A stretch of DNA of 64,000 bases from Longimicrobiales bacterium (lineage in GTDB: Bacteria > Gemmatimonadota > Gemmatimonadetes > Longimicrobiales > Gaopeijiaceae). A program made the position numbers and the translations under genes. The notes beneath the pieces were generated by a model. The model was not told the DNA's origin. It saw only the letters and a list, made by a program, of their open reading frames with translations, and made no database searches. Positions 10,185-20,089 of the stretch are shown piece after piece. Numbering within the stretch: the stretch's first letter is position 1; each line of letters begins with the position of its first letter. Where the stretch lies: contig CBDFMQ010000002.1 of the NCBI GenBank assembly GCA_965249725.1, forward strand, positions 2,688,001 through 2,752,000. Reading direction: 5' to 3'.

Positions 10185-10784
10185 ATGGCCCACCCCCTCC
10201 CTTTTCTCTCCTCGAGGGCGGCCCTGATCGGGGCCGCCCTCTTGGCGTGGCCACCGCCGATAGTGCCCACCGACTCGGTGCCATATGTGAGCAACCCTCC
10301 CCTCGGGCACACCGGCGGCTTCGGGGAGCCGACGTGCCAGGCCTGCCACCTCGACGCCGACCTGAATCATCCCGACGCCACCCTTGAGGTCGATGGACTC
10401 CCCGCGCACTACACCTCTGAAGGCGTGTACCGCATCACCGTCGCAGTCAGCGGAGCGGGTCAGGGGCGAAATGGGTTCGAGGCTTCGATCCGCTTTGCCG
10501 ACGGCCCACAGAAGGGTCTACAGGCCGGATACTTGAACGCCGTCGACCGGAGGGTCGCCGTGAGGTCCGACACGTTGACCGCAGTGCAGTACGCGTCGCA
10601 CACCGACATCGGCGCGGAGCCGACCGCTGTGGAGCGAGGCGAATGGGTGGTGGAGTGGGCGGCTCCTCGATCAAGTGACTCCGTTGTCCTCCACATCGCC
10701 GGGAATTCCGCCAATGGCGACGACTCACCCTTCGGAGACCTCATCTATACATTCGAACGGATGAGCGAAGGCGCTACTCGATAG
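10185..10784 (+). CDS. Reeler-like secreted domain protein with CxxCH
   Basis: GHTGGFGEPTCQACH, GFE, WxAP, GNSANGD. Confidence 0.65.
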   Translation: MAHPLPFLSSRAALIGAALLAWPPPIVPTDSVPYVSNPPLGHTGGFGEPTCQACHLDADLNHPDATLEVDGLPAHYTSEGVYRITVAVSGAGQGRNGFEASIRFADGPQKGLQAGYLNAVDRRVAVRSDTLTAVQYASHTDIGAEPTAVERGEWVVEWAAPRSSDSVVLHIAGNSANGDDSPFGDLIYTFERMSEGATR

Positions 10785-11202
10785 CCACTGTTCCATCGGC
10801 TCTGACATGGACGGGCCTACCGTCGGTCAGTTTGTCGAAGTCCGCGTCTGCTAAGGCGACGATCGGGGGTGCCTTCGCATACATCTCCTCCGCGACGATC
10901 GCCGTGAGGGCGAGAAACGAATCGGTCCCGACCGTGAGGAATGCCGCAGGCGCGGTCCCCTGGCGGATGGCTTCCAGCAAGACGGCGGTCGTGGTGCTCG
11001 ATCCCCTCGTTCCTGGAATCGCCAGGATCCGGCCCGCCGCGTTCTCCCCCGAAAGCGGGTGCCGTCGATCGATGATTTCTCCAGTGTCCGCATCGTAGCC
11101 ACCCCAAAAGCTCAGGGGCTCATGGGATACCAGAAGGGTGCCACGGGCATCACCCGGAATCAGGGCTTGGCCTGCCAGCACCATGTCGTCGCCCGAGGTC
11201 AT
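10774..11202 (-). CDS. Aconitase X small (swivel, DUF126) subunit
   Basis: PLSFWGGYD..TGEIIDRRHPL, GTRGSSTT, GTAPAA. Confidence 0.85.
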   Translation of the reverse strand: MTSGDDMVLAGQALIPGDARGTLLVSHEPLSFWGGYDADTGEIIDRRHPLSGENAAGRILAIPGTRGSSTTTAVLLEAIRQGTAPAAFLTVGTDSFLALTAIVAEEMYAKAPPIVALADADFDKLTDGRPVHVRADGTVAIE

Positions 11203-12515
11203 CGTTCGGTCCCGCGCTCAGCGTCGCCACCAGCCGCAGAATCGCTCGCATCTGAGCGCCAGAGACCGTCGTCTCGGATGACCCGGCCCCGGACCGCGGA
11301 CTCCACACAGTCCTGCGTCGAACCGAACGCCATCGCCCGTCCGAGCAGTCCCGGCGTGTAGTAGGCGTACTTCGCCGAGTTGGTCATGAGGATTTGAATC
11401 TCCTCCGGCAGCATCGGCGTGGTCAGGATACAGGTATCCACGGTCACGTCTCCACCGAAGTCATGGAGAGCGTCGAGAAGTCCCGCCTCCTGGGCGATGA
11501 GCTTCACGCCTCTCCCGGTCGTGACTAGGAACCGCACGTCCGGGTGTCTTACGCGTCCCTCGAGGAGCGGGGCAAGCGCCCTGAACTCGTCCAAGGAGAA
11601 GTGCGGAGATCCGAGGACCACCATGTCCAGTTGTTCTCCCTCGTATGTGGAAAGGTTGTCGCGGGCGGCCCTTAGCTCGTCCATTCCCACGTCATGGGCT
11701 TCCTCTGGGTCCTTTCCCTGGAGCGCGTCCGCGAGCGTCGATGCCTCGGGAGTGACCCCGACCCAATGGAACAGCGCCACCGCCCCCGAAGACGCTGTGG
11801 CCGCCCCAAGGGCCTTGAGTTGGTCCTCCGAGGGTGTCACGTCCAGCCCGTCCAGAACCACGACTCGATCGCCGGCAACCTTCCCCACCAGGTGTCCAAG
11901 CACTGGGTATAGTGCGTCGGAGGCCAACAGGGCCGGGGGCACGTCGTGGAAGCGGAACAGCACCTGGCCGGCCCGGTTCTCGGTGAGGTGTAACCCGACG
12001 GCGGGCACCCGGCCCGTGATGGCGGCACAGATGTCCAAAAGGTCCGGATACCGCTCGGTCCGCGCCCCCAGCACGGAATTGGCGAACACGATTGCGCTCG
12101 ACTCCCCCCATGCGATCTGGTCCCCGAACGCGGGTCGCGCCTCGGTTTGGTAAGGGGCGCAGGTCCAGGAGGGAATGCATCCCATGCTCTGATAGGCGAC
12201 CATCTGTCGGCGCGCCTTGTCGGCCCACTCAGGGGGTACGGCCCAGCTCTCCCATCCGTGGGGATCGACCCCCGCCACGTTCAGGGTGGCCGGCACAGCG
12301 ACCTTGGCCCCCAGCCCGGCCAGCCGCTCGGCGTACTCCAAAGTGGCGTCCCCCATGTAGAGGGAACTGTCGATATGTGCGGCGGTCACAGGGATGAGTT
12401 TCTCGGCTCCCTGGACCTCCGCCATCCGGACCAGAATGGACATGGCCATACGGGCCCCCTCTCCCTCGGCACCTGATAGGAGGGCCTCGTCCGCCGCCGT
12501 GAGGTGGAGTGTCAT
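11199..12515 (-). CDS. Aconitase X catalytic (DUF521) subunit
   Basis: AHIDS, SWTCAPY, WGESSAIVFANSVLGART, GSPHFS, DTC, TNSAKYAYY. Confidence 0.9.
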   Translation of the reverse strand: MTLHLTAADEALLSGAEGEGARMAMSILVRMAEVQGAEKLIPVTAAHIDSSLYMGDATLEYAERLAGLGAKVAVPATLNVAGVDPHGWESWAVPPEWADKARRQMVAYQSMGCIPSWTCAPYQTEARPAFGDQIAWGESSAIVFANSVLGARTERYPDLLDICAAITGRVPAVGLHLTENRAGQVLFRFHDVPPALLASDALYPVLGHLVGKVAGDRVVVLDGLDVTPSEDQLKALGAATASSGAVALFHWVGVTPEASTLADALQGKDPEEAHDVGMDELRAARDNLSTYEGEQLDMVVLGSPHFSLDEFRALAPLLEGRVRHPDVRFLVTTGRGVKLIAQEAGLLDALHDFGGDVTVDTCILTTPMLPEEIQILMTNSAKYAYYTPGLLGRAMAFGSTQDCVESAVRGRVIRDDGLWRSDASDSAAGGDAERGTER

Positions 12516-12700
12516 GGCACCAGACTAGGAGCCACACGCGACGTGGAGCAACCTGTGCCCCCGTCGCAACGACGAAGAGACACCCCCCGACTTGCTGAAG
12601 AGGTACGCCCCGCCCAACGAGTGAGGTGCCCCCGACTTGCCAGAGAGGTGCCCCCGCCCACCTTGAGCGCAGGACACACAGGAATAGACGGAGGCGCAGG

Positions 12701-13387
12701 ATGGCGACGAAGTACTTCACCCAATCGACGTTCGCTTTCTTGAAGGACCTGACGGCGAACAACAACCGTGAGTGGTTCCAGGAGAACGAGCACCGGTATG
12801 AGGATCACTTGAAGGATCCTGCGGTCCGGTTCATCTCCGACTTCGGCGCTCACCTCAAGAAGATCAGCGAGCATTTTCGCTCGGATCCGCGAACCGTCGG
12901 CGGCTCTATGTTCCGGATCTATCGGGACACACGCTTCTCCCCGGACAAGACACCCTACAAGACCCATGTGGGCATCCAGTTTCGGCACGAATCGGGCAAG
13001 AACGCCCACGCACCCGGCTACTACCTCCATCTCGACGTGGGCGGCTGCTTTGCCGGAGCGGGCATGTGGCGCCCCGACTCACCGAGCCTCAAGGGCATTC
13101 GGGAGGCCATCGTGGAGGACCCTCGCGCGTGGAAGCGAGCCGTGGGTGGCAAACGGTTCAAGGACGACTACGAGCTGGAGGGGGACCGACTCAAGCGCCC
13201 TCCAAGGGGATTCGATCCCGAGCACGCCCTGGTGGAGGACCTGAAACGGAAGGACTTCATCGGGGTCGCGAAGATCCCAAAGAAGACCATCGTGAGCCCG
13301 GGCCTTCCGAAGGAGCTCGCGAAGACGTTCGGCACCGCGACACCCCTCATGGAGTTCCTCTGCAAGGCTGTTTCCGTCCCGTTCTGA
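12701..13387 (+). CDS. DUF2461 (TIGR02453) family protein
   Basis: NNNREWF, FRIYRDTRFSPDKTPYK, LKRPPRGF. Confidence 0.9.
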   Translation: MATKYFTQSTFAFLKDLTANNNREWFQENEHRYEDHLKDPAVRFISDFGAHLKKISEHFRSDPRTVGGSMFRIYRDTRFSPDKTPYKTHVGIQFRHESGKNAHAPGYYLHLDVGGCFAGAGMWRPDSPSLKGIREAIVEDPRAWKRAVGGKRFKDDYELEGDRLKRPPRGFDPEHALVEDLKRKDFIGVAKIPKKTIVSPGLPKELAKTFGTATPLMEFLCKAVSVPF

Positions 13388-13475
13388 TCGGGCTTGCCCT
13401 CAGCGCCTTCGCCACAGAGCTTGAGCCGTTCGTGGATTTCGGATTGTGGATGATGATGGGTAAGGAGTGTTCCGC

Positions 13476-14864
13476 ATGAAAACAGGCCCCGCTGTAGCCC
13501 TCGGTGCCATCCTCGTGAGCGGCTCGATGCTCGCCGGATCCCGGGCCCCCGTCGCACCCGGCCTCACGCCGCATGTCGCCACGGAACAGAGCGCCCCGGC
13601 GCCTGTGGCCTTCACCAACGTGACCGTCGTCCCCATGGACTCCAATCGCGTGCTGAGGGGTCAGACCGTGCTCGTCGAGCAGGGTCGAATCCGTAGCGTA
13701 GGGCCCGTCGCCGACGTCGATGTCCCGGCCGGGGCCACCACCCTGGACGGGACCGGCAAATACCTCATGCCCGGCCTCGCAGAGATGCATGGTCACATGC
13801 CCGGTGGAGACGTGGAAGAGATGGTGATGTTCCTCTACGTGGCGAACGGAGTCACGACCGTTCGGGGGATGCTCGGGCAGGACGGCCACCTGGAGTTGCG
13901 TCGCAAAGCCAACGCCGGCGAGATCGTCGCACCGACCCTCTATATGGCCGGACCCAGCTTCAACGGAAACTCGGTCTCGTCGCCCGCACAGGCCGCTCAA
14001 AAGGTCCGTGCTCAGAAGGACCAGGGATGGGATCTCCTGAAGATCCACCCCGGCTTGACCGTGCCCGAATACGACGCCATGGCCATGACCGCCCATGAGG
14101 TGGGCATCCGCTTCGGTGGACACGTACCCGCAGACGTCGGACTCGAACACGCCATCGCGATGGGTCAGGAGACCTTCGACCACCTGGACGGGTTCATCGA
14201 GTACTTGAACGCCTTCGACGAGCCGATCGACCAGGGCCGGTTACGCGAGCTGGTCGCCACCGTAAAGGCGGCCGACGCTTGGGTCGTCCCCACCATGGTA
14301 CTGTGGGACGTCGGGGTCATCGGTCGCGGAGATGCCCGGACCATGGCCGCCTACCCGGAGATGCGGTATTGGCCCAAACAGAATATCCCGCGCGTGGTCG
14401 AGGGTGTGGAGGGCTGGATCGGCCGACATGCCGGAGGAGCTCAGCGGGTCCGGGCGAACCCCGCGGCCGCCGACCTCTGGGCGGCCAATCGGCTGGCGGT
14501 GCTCAAGGCGCTGTCCGAATCAGACGTGGGCATCCTGTTGGGGACGGATTCTCCACAGATCTTCTCGGTACCCGGCTTCTCGCTACATCGCGAGATGCAG
14601 GCGATGGCCGATGCCGGCATGTCTCCCTACGAGATTCTGGTCTCGGGCACACGGGCGGTCGGCGAGTACTTCAGGAGAAGTGACACGTTCGGCACCGTGG
14701 CGGTCGGGCGGCGGGCGGACTTGATTCTCCTCAACTCGAATCCGTTGGACGATGTCGGAAACGTTGCCGACCGGGCCGGCGTGATGGTGCGAGGTCGCTG
14801 GTTCTCCGACGACTACATCAAAGAGCGCCTCGAGGAGATCGCCCTGAGGTTCGCGACCGACTGA
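13476..14864 (+). CDS. Secreted amidohydrolase family protein
   Basis: MPGLAEMHGH, GVTTVR, GTDSPQ, G.VAVGRRADLILL. Confidence 0.85.
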   Translation: MKTGPAVALGAILVSGSMLAGSRAPVAPGLTPHVATEQSAPAPVAFTNVTVVPMDSNRVLRGQTVLVEQGRIRSVGPVADVDVPAGATTLDGTGKYLMPGLAEMHGHMPGGDVEEMVMFLYVANGVTTVRGMLGQDGHLELRRKANAGEIVAPTLYMAGPSFNGNSVSSPAQAAQKVRAQKDQGWDLLKIHPGLTVPEYDAMAMTAHEVGIRFGGHVPADVGLEHAIAMGQETFDHLDGFIEYLNAFDEPIDQGRLRELVATVKAADAWVVPTMVLWDVGVIGRGDARTMAAYPEMRYWPKQNIPRVVEGVEGWIGRHAGGAQRVRANPAAADLWAANRLAVLKALSESDVGILLGTDSPQIFSVPGFSLHREMQAMADAGMSPYEILVSGTRAVGEYFRRSDTFGTVAVGRRADLILLNSNPLDDVGNVADRAGVMVRGRWFSDDYIKERLEEIALRFATD

Positions 14865-15856
14865 ACCTGCTCCAAGCCAGCGCTGACCAACCTCCACTGG
14901 AGCCTCATTTGGTCGAGGATGGGCATCGGGGTCAGGCCGCTCGATGCGATCTCGGCGGAGACCTCTTCGCCCCTCGGGCCGAGTAGTGCCAGCTGCCAGC
15001 GGGTTCGCCGCTCCTTCCACGCCTCACCCACAGGATCCGGCGGCCCCAGGGTCACTCCGACGCCCGGTGTGATGAAGAGCGGCATCTCGCTTACCAAGGT
15101 CAGGGGATCACCGCCGAGCGAGCGGATGGCCTCCATGGAGCTCGGCCGAAAGCGATCGGCCGTCTCGGGGTCGCCGAGGGCCAGGAAGTGGTCCTGCATC
15201 GCCGTCGAGTTCGGTCGCGTACAGAACCCGGGCTCAACGCGAGAGAACCCCTTCTCCCCCTCCCTCTCGACGTCGTGAAGTGTGTATCCGAGGCGATGGG
15301 CCTCCTCGGCACAGCAGCGCTTGAGGTGCTCCACCCGATCCAACCACCCCGGCTCCAACAGGAACCAGGGGCCAGCGGCCAAGGCGATGCCATGGAGGGT
15401 GGCGTGGAGATCGAACGGTCCTTCGGCACTCGTCCACCACTCCATCACGGCTCGACTCTCCGGGCGAGCGGCGGTGTCCGCCGGAGACCTGGGAAAGCCG
15501 AACTCCAGATCGTCGCCCGGCAGCTCACGCACGACCTCCGCGAAGTACCGAACCGGGTCGTACACATCCGCAGGCCCTACCGCACGGTCGCCATCGTGCC
15601 AACCGCTGTTCCGGACCGCTCCGTCGGGGTTGATGTGCGGAACGATCCACCACTGATAGTCGGTGAGCATCGAGTGTCCAGGGGCGAGCGCCGCTAGATA
15701 GGCAGCCAACCTGGAGAGCAGCCGGGGGCCCACCGGCTCATCGGCATGGCAGCCTCCAATGAGACTGACCCGAACGGGTCCGGAGCCCAGATGAAAGCCC
15801 GTGACGGACCGCCCCTCACGGGAGTGTCCCAGGTGAATCCCCATATCCGGGGCCAC
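14813..15856 (-). CDS. M14 zinc carboxypeptidase family protein
   Basis: GGCHADEPVG (HxxE), PHINPDG, TLHG; start uncertain. Confidence 0.75.
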   Translation of the reverse strand: MAPDMGIHLGHSREGRSVTGFHLGSGPVRVSLIGGCHADEPVGPRLLSRLAAYLAALAPGHSMLTDYQWWIVPHINPDGAVRNSGWHDGDRAVGPADVYDPVRYFAEVVRELPGDDLEFGFPRSPADTAARPESRAVMEWWTSAEGPFDLHATLHGIALAAGPWFLLEPGWLDRVEHLKRCCAEEAHRLGYTLHDVEREGEKGFSRVEPGFCTRPNSTAMQDHFLALGDPETADRFRPSSMEAIRSLGGDPLTLVSEMPLFITPGVGVTLGPPDPVGEAWKERRTRWQLALLGPRGEEVSAEIASSGLTPMPILDQMRLQWRLVSAGLEQVQSVANLRAISSRRSLM

Positions 15857-16219
15857 CGGCTCGTGGGCGATGATCGCATCGGCCAGGTTGTACAGATCGC
15901 CTCCTTGCAGAGCCGGAACCCGGACTCCATGATAAGAATGCTGCTGCGTCTCGTGGGCCGCAAAATGATGGTCGCACTGAGGGAGCGAAAACGCCTTCAG
16001 GCTCGCTTCCAGAAACTAAGCGGACATCTGTGGCACGAGGGTGGAGTAGTGCGGACTCGGACGTCTCCTTCTGGAGATCGCGGTGCGCTGACGCCGCCCG
16101 AGCCGCTACAAGTGGTCCGCATCGGTGGAGGAAACCATGCCACCCGGCAGTCTAATCGGCCGGGGCACCAACTCGGTGCCTCGGCCGACGTCGTCTGGGC
16201 CGCCCCGCCTGCCAGCCTC

Positions 16220-17959
16220 CTAGTAGCGCCAGCTAGTGAGGTCCGCCCCCGGGGGAGAGCCGTCGCGAATGCGCTCGAGAATTCTCGGTATGTACATCCA
16301 GTTGTAGCGCAGGCGTGAGATGTGGTTGCCGTTCTGCTGGTCACCGTTCCAGCAGTGCTCGGCCCGGTCGCCGTAGTCCACTTCCCCGCCGTAGTACGGA
16401 CTAGTGGTGCCCTCGAGGAAGTCCTCGGTCAGGTAGACGGCGTTGTTCAGGTAGTAGTTGTCCATGTCGCCCACATAGATGTGGACCTTGCCCTCGAGCT
16501 TGGGGCCTAGCGTCGCCCAGTCCCGCTCCATGATGTAGCGCAGGTCGTAGTTCTCCCTCCAGTACTCGGCCACCTCCCGATCGATGACTCCCGTCCGCTT
16601 GTCCCAGATCGGCTCGGGGTACCCATCTTCGGCCATCGGCGAATAGACAGCCTGCCATATGTCCCACTGCTGGCCCGACCGACCGCGTGTGGCCAAGGCC
16701 AACTCCACGTGGTTGTCGTCCTTCACCGACCGGTCCACCACCCCCAGCCAGTTTCGGCGCCCGGCCCTCTCGGTCCGCTTGAACGGACCGTCCATGAAGT
16801 AGGCGTTCTCGTCCTCGTAGATGTCGACAAGGGTGAAGGCCCGGAAATCGATGGGGTCGGGGCAGGCCGCGAACGCCCCGTTGTACTCGTCGGGATACAT
16901 GACCTGGACGGCCAGCGCCTCCCAGCCTCCGGTCGAACCGCCGTAGGTGAACCGGGACCATCCCTCTCCGATACCGCGGAACTGCTCTTCGATGTAAGGG
17001 ATGAGCTCATAGGTGATCGCGTCCCCGTACGGACCGATGTTCGCCGAGTTCACCGCGTACGAGTCGTCGTAATACGGGTTTGCGTGCTGTACTGAGATGA
17101 TGATCATGCGGGGGAAGTCGGGGCCGATCCACTTCTGGTAGAAGTCGTACGCTTCCTGCTGCTGGATACGGTTGTAGCCGTCCACGCCGAAGCGAGCACT
17201 GTAGGTCGGTTCGAGGTCCGGATCGGGCGGCTCGGTCCGGAAACCGCCGAAGGTGGCCGGAAAGTGCCCGTGGAACACCACCAGGGGATAACGAGCCTCG
17301 GGATGCTCATCGAAGCCCCCCGGGAGGAGAACGTTGGCCCCGAGATGCATGGGTCGGCCCCAGAATTCGGTCAACAGATCACTCTGCATCCGGATGTGCT
17401 TGATGTACTTCGTGTCCTCAGGCGGAGTGATGGGAGGAATCTCCTGGTCGAGCTCGATCAACACATGACCTCCCGCCGACGGATCGACCTGGATCCAGCG
17501 CGGGGTGCTGTACAGGTTGCCGGGCGCCTGTTGCCAATGCTGACCCTCACCCCGGTCCATTGGGAGCTTCACGGTCTTGCCGTTGGCCAGGTTGAAGGTC
17601 TCGTACTTGTGGAGCACCGCCTGCACCCAATACTCGCCGGCGGGCACGTCGGACAGGCTCTCGATGGGGAAGCCGAACACCCCTCCGTCCAAAACCGCCT
17701 CGGTGCCCGGTGCCAGTCCGTTCACATCGACGCCAAGCACCATCGGAGCCGCGGGTCCGGAGTTCACTTGGAAACGAGGCTCCGACGATTCGTGGGTGCT
17801 CAGGATCAGGATGACCCTACCGTCGAGGGGCTCCGATCCCATCGACTCCGCAAAGGAGACACCGAAGCTCGGGGACCCCTGTCCGGAGCAGGAGGAGAGT
17901 ATCAGCAGGAGAGAAAGCGGTATTGATGCGGGGACGGAGAACACGCGTCGATCAGACAT
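16220..17959 (-). CDS. Putative esterase (alpha/beta hydrolase) lipoprotein
   Basis: Lipobox LSSC, GGSTGGW nucleophile elbow, YVGDMDNYYL. Confidence 0.75.
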   Translation of the reverse strand: MSDRRVFSVPASIPLSLLLILSSCSGQGSPSFGVSFAESMGSEPLDGRVILILSTHESSEPRFQVNSGPAAPMVLGVDVNGLAPGTEAVLDGGVFGFPIESLSDVPAGEYWVQAVLHKYETFNLANGKTVKLPMDRGEGQHWQQAPGNLYSTPRWIQVDPSAGGHVLIELDQEIPPITPPEDTKYIKHIRMQSDLLTEFWGRPMHLGANVLLPGGFDEHPEARYPLVVFHGHFPATFGGFRTEPPDPDLEPTYSARFGVDGYNRIQQQEAYDFYQKWIGPDFPRMIIISVQHANPYYDDSYAVNSANIGPYGDAITYELIPYIEEQFRGIGEGWSRFTYGGSTGGWEALAVQVMYPDEYNGAFAACPDPIDFRAFTLVDIYEDENAYFMDGPFKRTERAGRRNWLGVVDRSVKDDNHVELALATRGRSGQQWDIWQAVYSPMAEDGYPEPIWDKRTGVIDREVAEYWRENYDLRYIMERDWATLGPKLEGKVHIYVGDMDNYYLNNAVYLTEDFLEGTTSPYYGGEVDYGDRAEHCWNGDQQNGNHISRLRYNWMYIPRILERIRDGSPPGADLTSWRY

Positions 17960-18022
17960 CCCGAACCTCCAAATGAGCGCGGCCGGTCCTCGACTGTCAT
18001 GGCCCGGCCGACGTCGTATGTA

Positions 18023-20089
18023 TTACCCCTCCTCCACCCTCGCCCGTGTGATTACATCACCTTCGGCCACCAAGTCTGCCGTGTCCATCCCTCGCACGAC
18101 CTCGCCGAACACCGTGTAGTTGTGGTCCAGACGAAGGTTGTCGATGAGGTTGATGAACATCTGTCCGTCACCGGTGTCCCGGCCCCGGGTCGACGTCCCC
18201 ACTGTCCCGCGCCAATGGGACATCAAGCCGAGCTCGTCGCGCGAGTAGGCCGCGTCACCGTAGAACTCGTTGGAACCCGGACTGCCTCCCTGGAGCACGA
18301 AGTTCGTTACCACCCGGTGGTAGGTGAGTCCATCGAGGCTCCCGGCCCGTGCGAGTCGAACGAATCGAGCGGCATGTGTCGGAGCGTTGTGCGCCAGCAT
18401 GCGGATTTCGATCTCGCCCCCCCTCGCCATCTCCAGTACGACCCGGGTGTCGGCCAGCGCGTCGATCTCCTCGGGGGACGGGACGGGCGACCGCTCTACT
18501 GGGTTCGTCTGTGCTTGCCTATCGCCTCCCGTCCACCCGTTCAGGATCTCCGCCACTCGCTCGGCGAGCACCGGATCGTAGTCCGTGAGGTACGGCTCCA
18601 ACCGGCTCACATCGTCCCCACCACCGAGTTCGGCGATCCGGTTCACTAAGGCCATCCGGGGGTCTCGCGCGGTCTGCCGTCGTGCTTGCGATATCCTGTC
18701 CAGGGCATCGAACAACGCTGCTACCGTGTTGCTTCGATCGGGCGTGCCCTCCAGGAGTCGCGCCACCGTGAGCAGGAGGAATGGATCGTCCTGAGCGAGC
18801 TGCGCAATCAGCACGTCGTCCACCTCGTGTCCGCGAAGCCGGGCCAATCCCTGGACAGCTGCCGTACGGACGTTCGGTACCGCGTCGGTAGCCAGCGCCT
18901 CCAGGGCGTCAGCCTCACCGAGTATCGTTGCGGCCCGAGCAGCATACACCCGAGCGAACGGATTCGTGTGCGCGGCGAAGGCTTCGAGGAGCGGTGCTGC
19001 CTGGCCCGCAGACACTGAAGCGAGCGAGACGAGCGCGTGCGCCGGACGATGCCAATCGGACGGATCCGCCATCTCGTGGCCGGCCGCGATGGCGGCGAGC
19101 AGTTGGGTCTGGCTGGTCCGTTCCTCACACTCCTGGCCGAGAAGGTCCAGGGCCGCCACGGCTACGTGGTAGTCCACGTCGACGGCCGCATCGAAAAGCC
19201 GCGGACATTCCTCGCTGCCGGGAACCCGGGCGGCATAGCTCCGGACGGCCTCGACCCGGACGCGCGCCGAAGGGTCATCGAGACCCCGGACCAGAAGATC
19301 GATGCTCACGTCGGCGGACGCCTCGCGCCCCATGATGGTCACGGCGAGCCGCCGCACGTCGGGGTCGTCGTCGTCCAAGGCCTCGGCCAAGGTCGTGGCG
19401 CGGGGGTTACCGAACCACGACAGTGCCAGCATGGCCGTCCGCCTTATCCGCGCGGCCCCATCCGGATCGTCTGATCGACTCGAGCGGCCGAAAGCGGCCA
19501 GGTCCTGGAGCCTGTCTAAGGTGGCTCCGGAGAGTCCCTCCGCACCGAGCCCACGAGAGAAGGACTCGAGGCCCATGACGGCCCCCGTGAGGGTGCTCAA
19601 CGGTGGGTCGGCCTCGTCGGACATGAGTTGGACGAGCATCTGCTCCGCTAACTGGGCCCGATCGGCCTCTCCGTACTGAAGCCTCCCCAACGTCCGGGCT
19701 ACTACGCCCCGGACATCTCCGTCTTCCTCGTTCGCCAGGTGGGCGAAGAGCCGGTCGGCAACCTCGTCTCCGTCCGCACCCAGAACGGACTGTCCCAGTG
19801 CGTTCACCGCCTCCGCACGCACGCTCGCATCAGGAGACGCTAGCAGAGGCACCACAAGGCCGATGTTCTCCGGCTTCTCGAGCCGCCCTACCGCCCGTAC
19901 CGCGAGCCTCTGGATGTCGGGATCGCTCGAAGCCAAGCCGTCCTCGAGAGGCTGAAGGCCGGCGGGCCCGGCGGCCCTGGCGTCTTCGGTGTCGATGATC
20001 GCAGCCCGTAGGTCGACGTCGCTCCCGTCACCGCAACCGGAGAGCCAGAGGGTCGCGGCGGCGACGAAGACGGTCGATCCGGTCCTCAT
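18023..20089 (-). CDS. HEAT-repeat + cyclophilin-type peptidyl-prolyl isomerase lipoprotein
   Basis: LSGC lipobox, HEAT repeats (VRAEAVNALG), YHRVVTNFVLQGG, DTGDGQMFINL, YTVFGEVVRGMD. Confidence 0.85.
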   Translation of the reverse strand: MRTGSTVFVAAATLWLSGCGDGSDVDLRAAIIDTEDARAAGPAGLQPLEDGLASSDPDIQRLAVRAVGRLEKPENIGLVVPLLASPDASVRAEAVNALGQSVLGADGDEVADRLFAHLANEEDGDVRGVVARTLGRLQYGEADRAQLAEQMLVQLMSDEADPPLSTLTGAVMGLESFSRGLGAEGLSGATLDRLQDLAAFGRSSRSDDPDGAARIRRTAMLALSWFGNPRATTLAEALDDDDPDVRRLAVTIMGREASADVSIDLLVRGLDDPSARVRVEAVRSYAARVPGSEECPRLFDAAVDVDYHVAVAALDLLGQECEERTSQTQLLAAIAAGHEMADPSDWHRPAHALVSLASVSAGQAAPLLEAFAAHTNPFARVYAARAATILGEADALEALATDAVPNVRTAAVQGLARLRGHEVDDVLIAQLAQDDPFLLLTVARLLEGTPDRSNTVAALFDALDRISQARRQTARDPRMALVNRIAELGGGDDVSRLEPYLTDYDPVLAERVAEILNGWTGGDRQAQTNPVERSPVPSPEEIDALADTRVVLEMARGGEIEIRMLAHNAPTHAARFVRLARAGSLDGLTYHRVVTNFVLQGGSPGSNEFYGDAAYSRDELGLMSHWRGTVGTSTRGRDTGDGQMFINLIDNLRLDHNYTVFGEVVRGMDTADLVAEGDVITRARVEEG

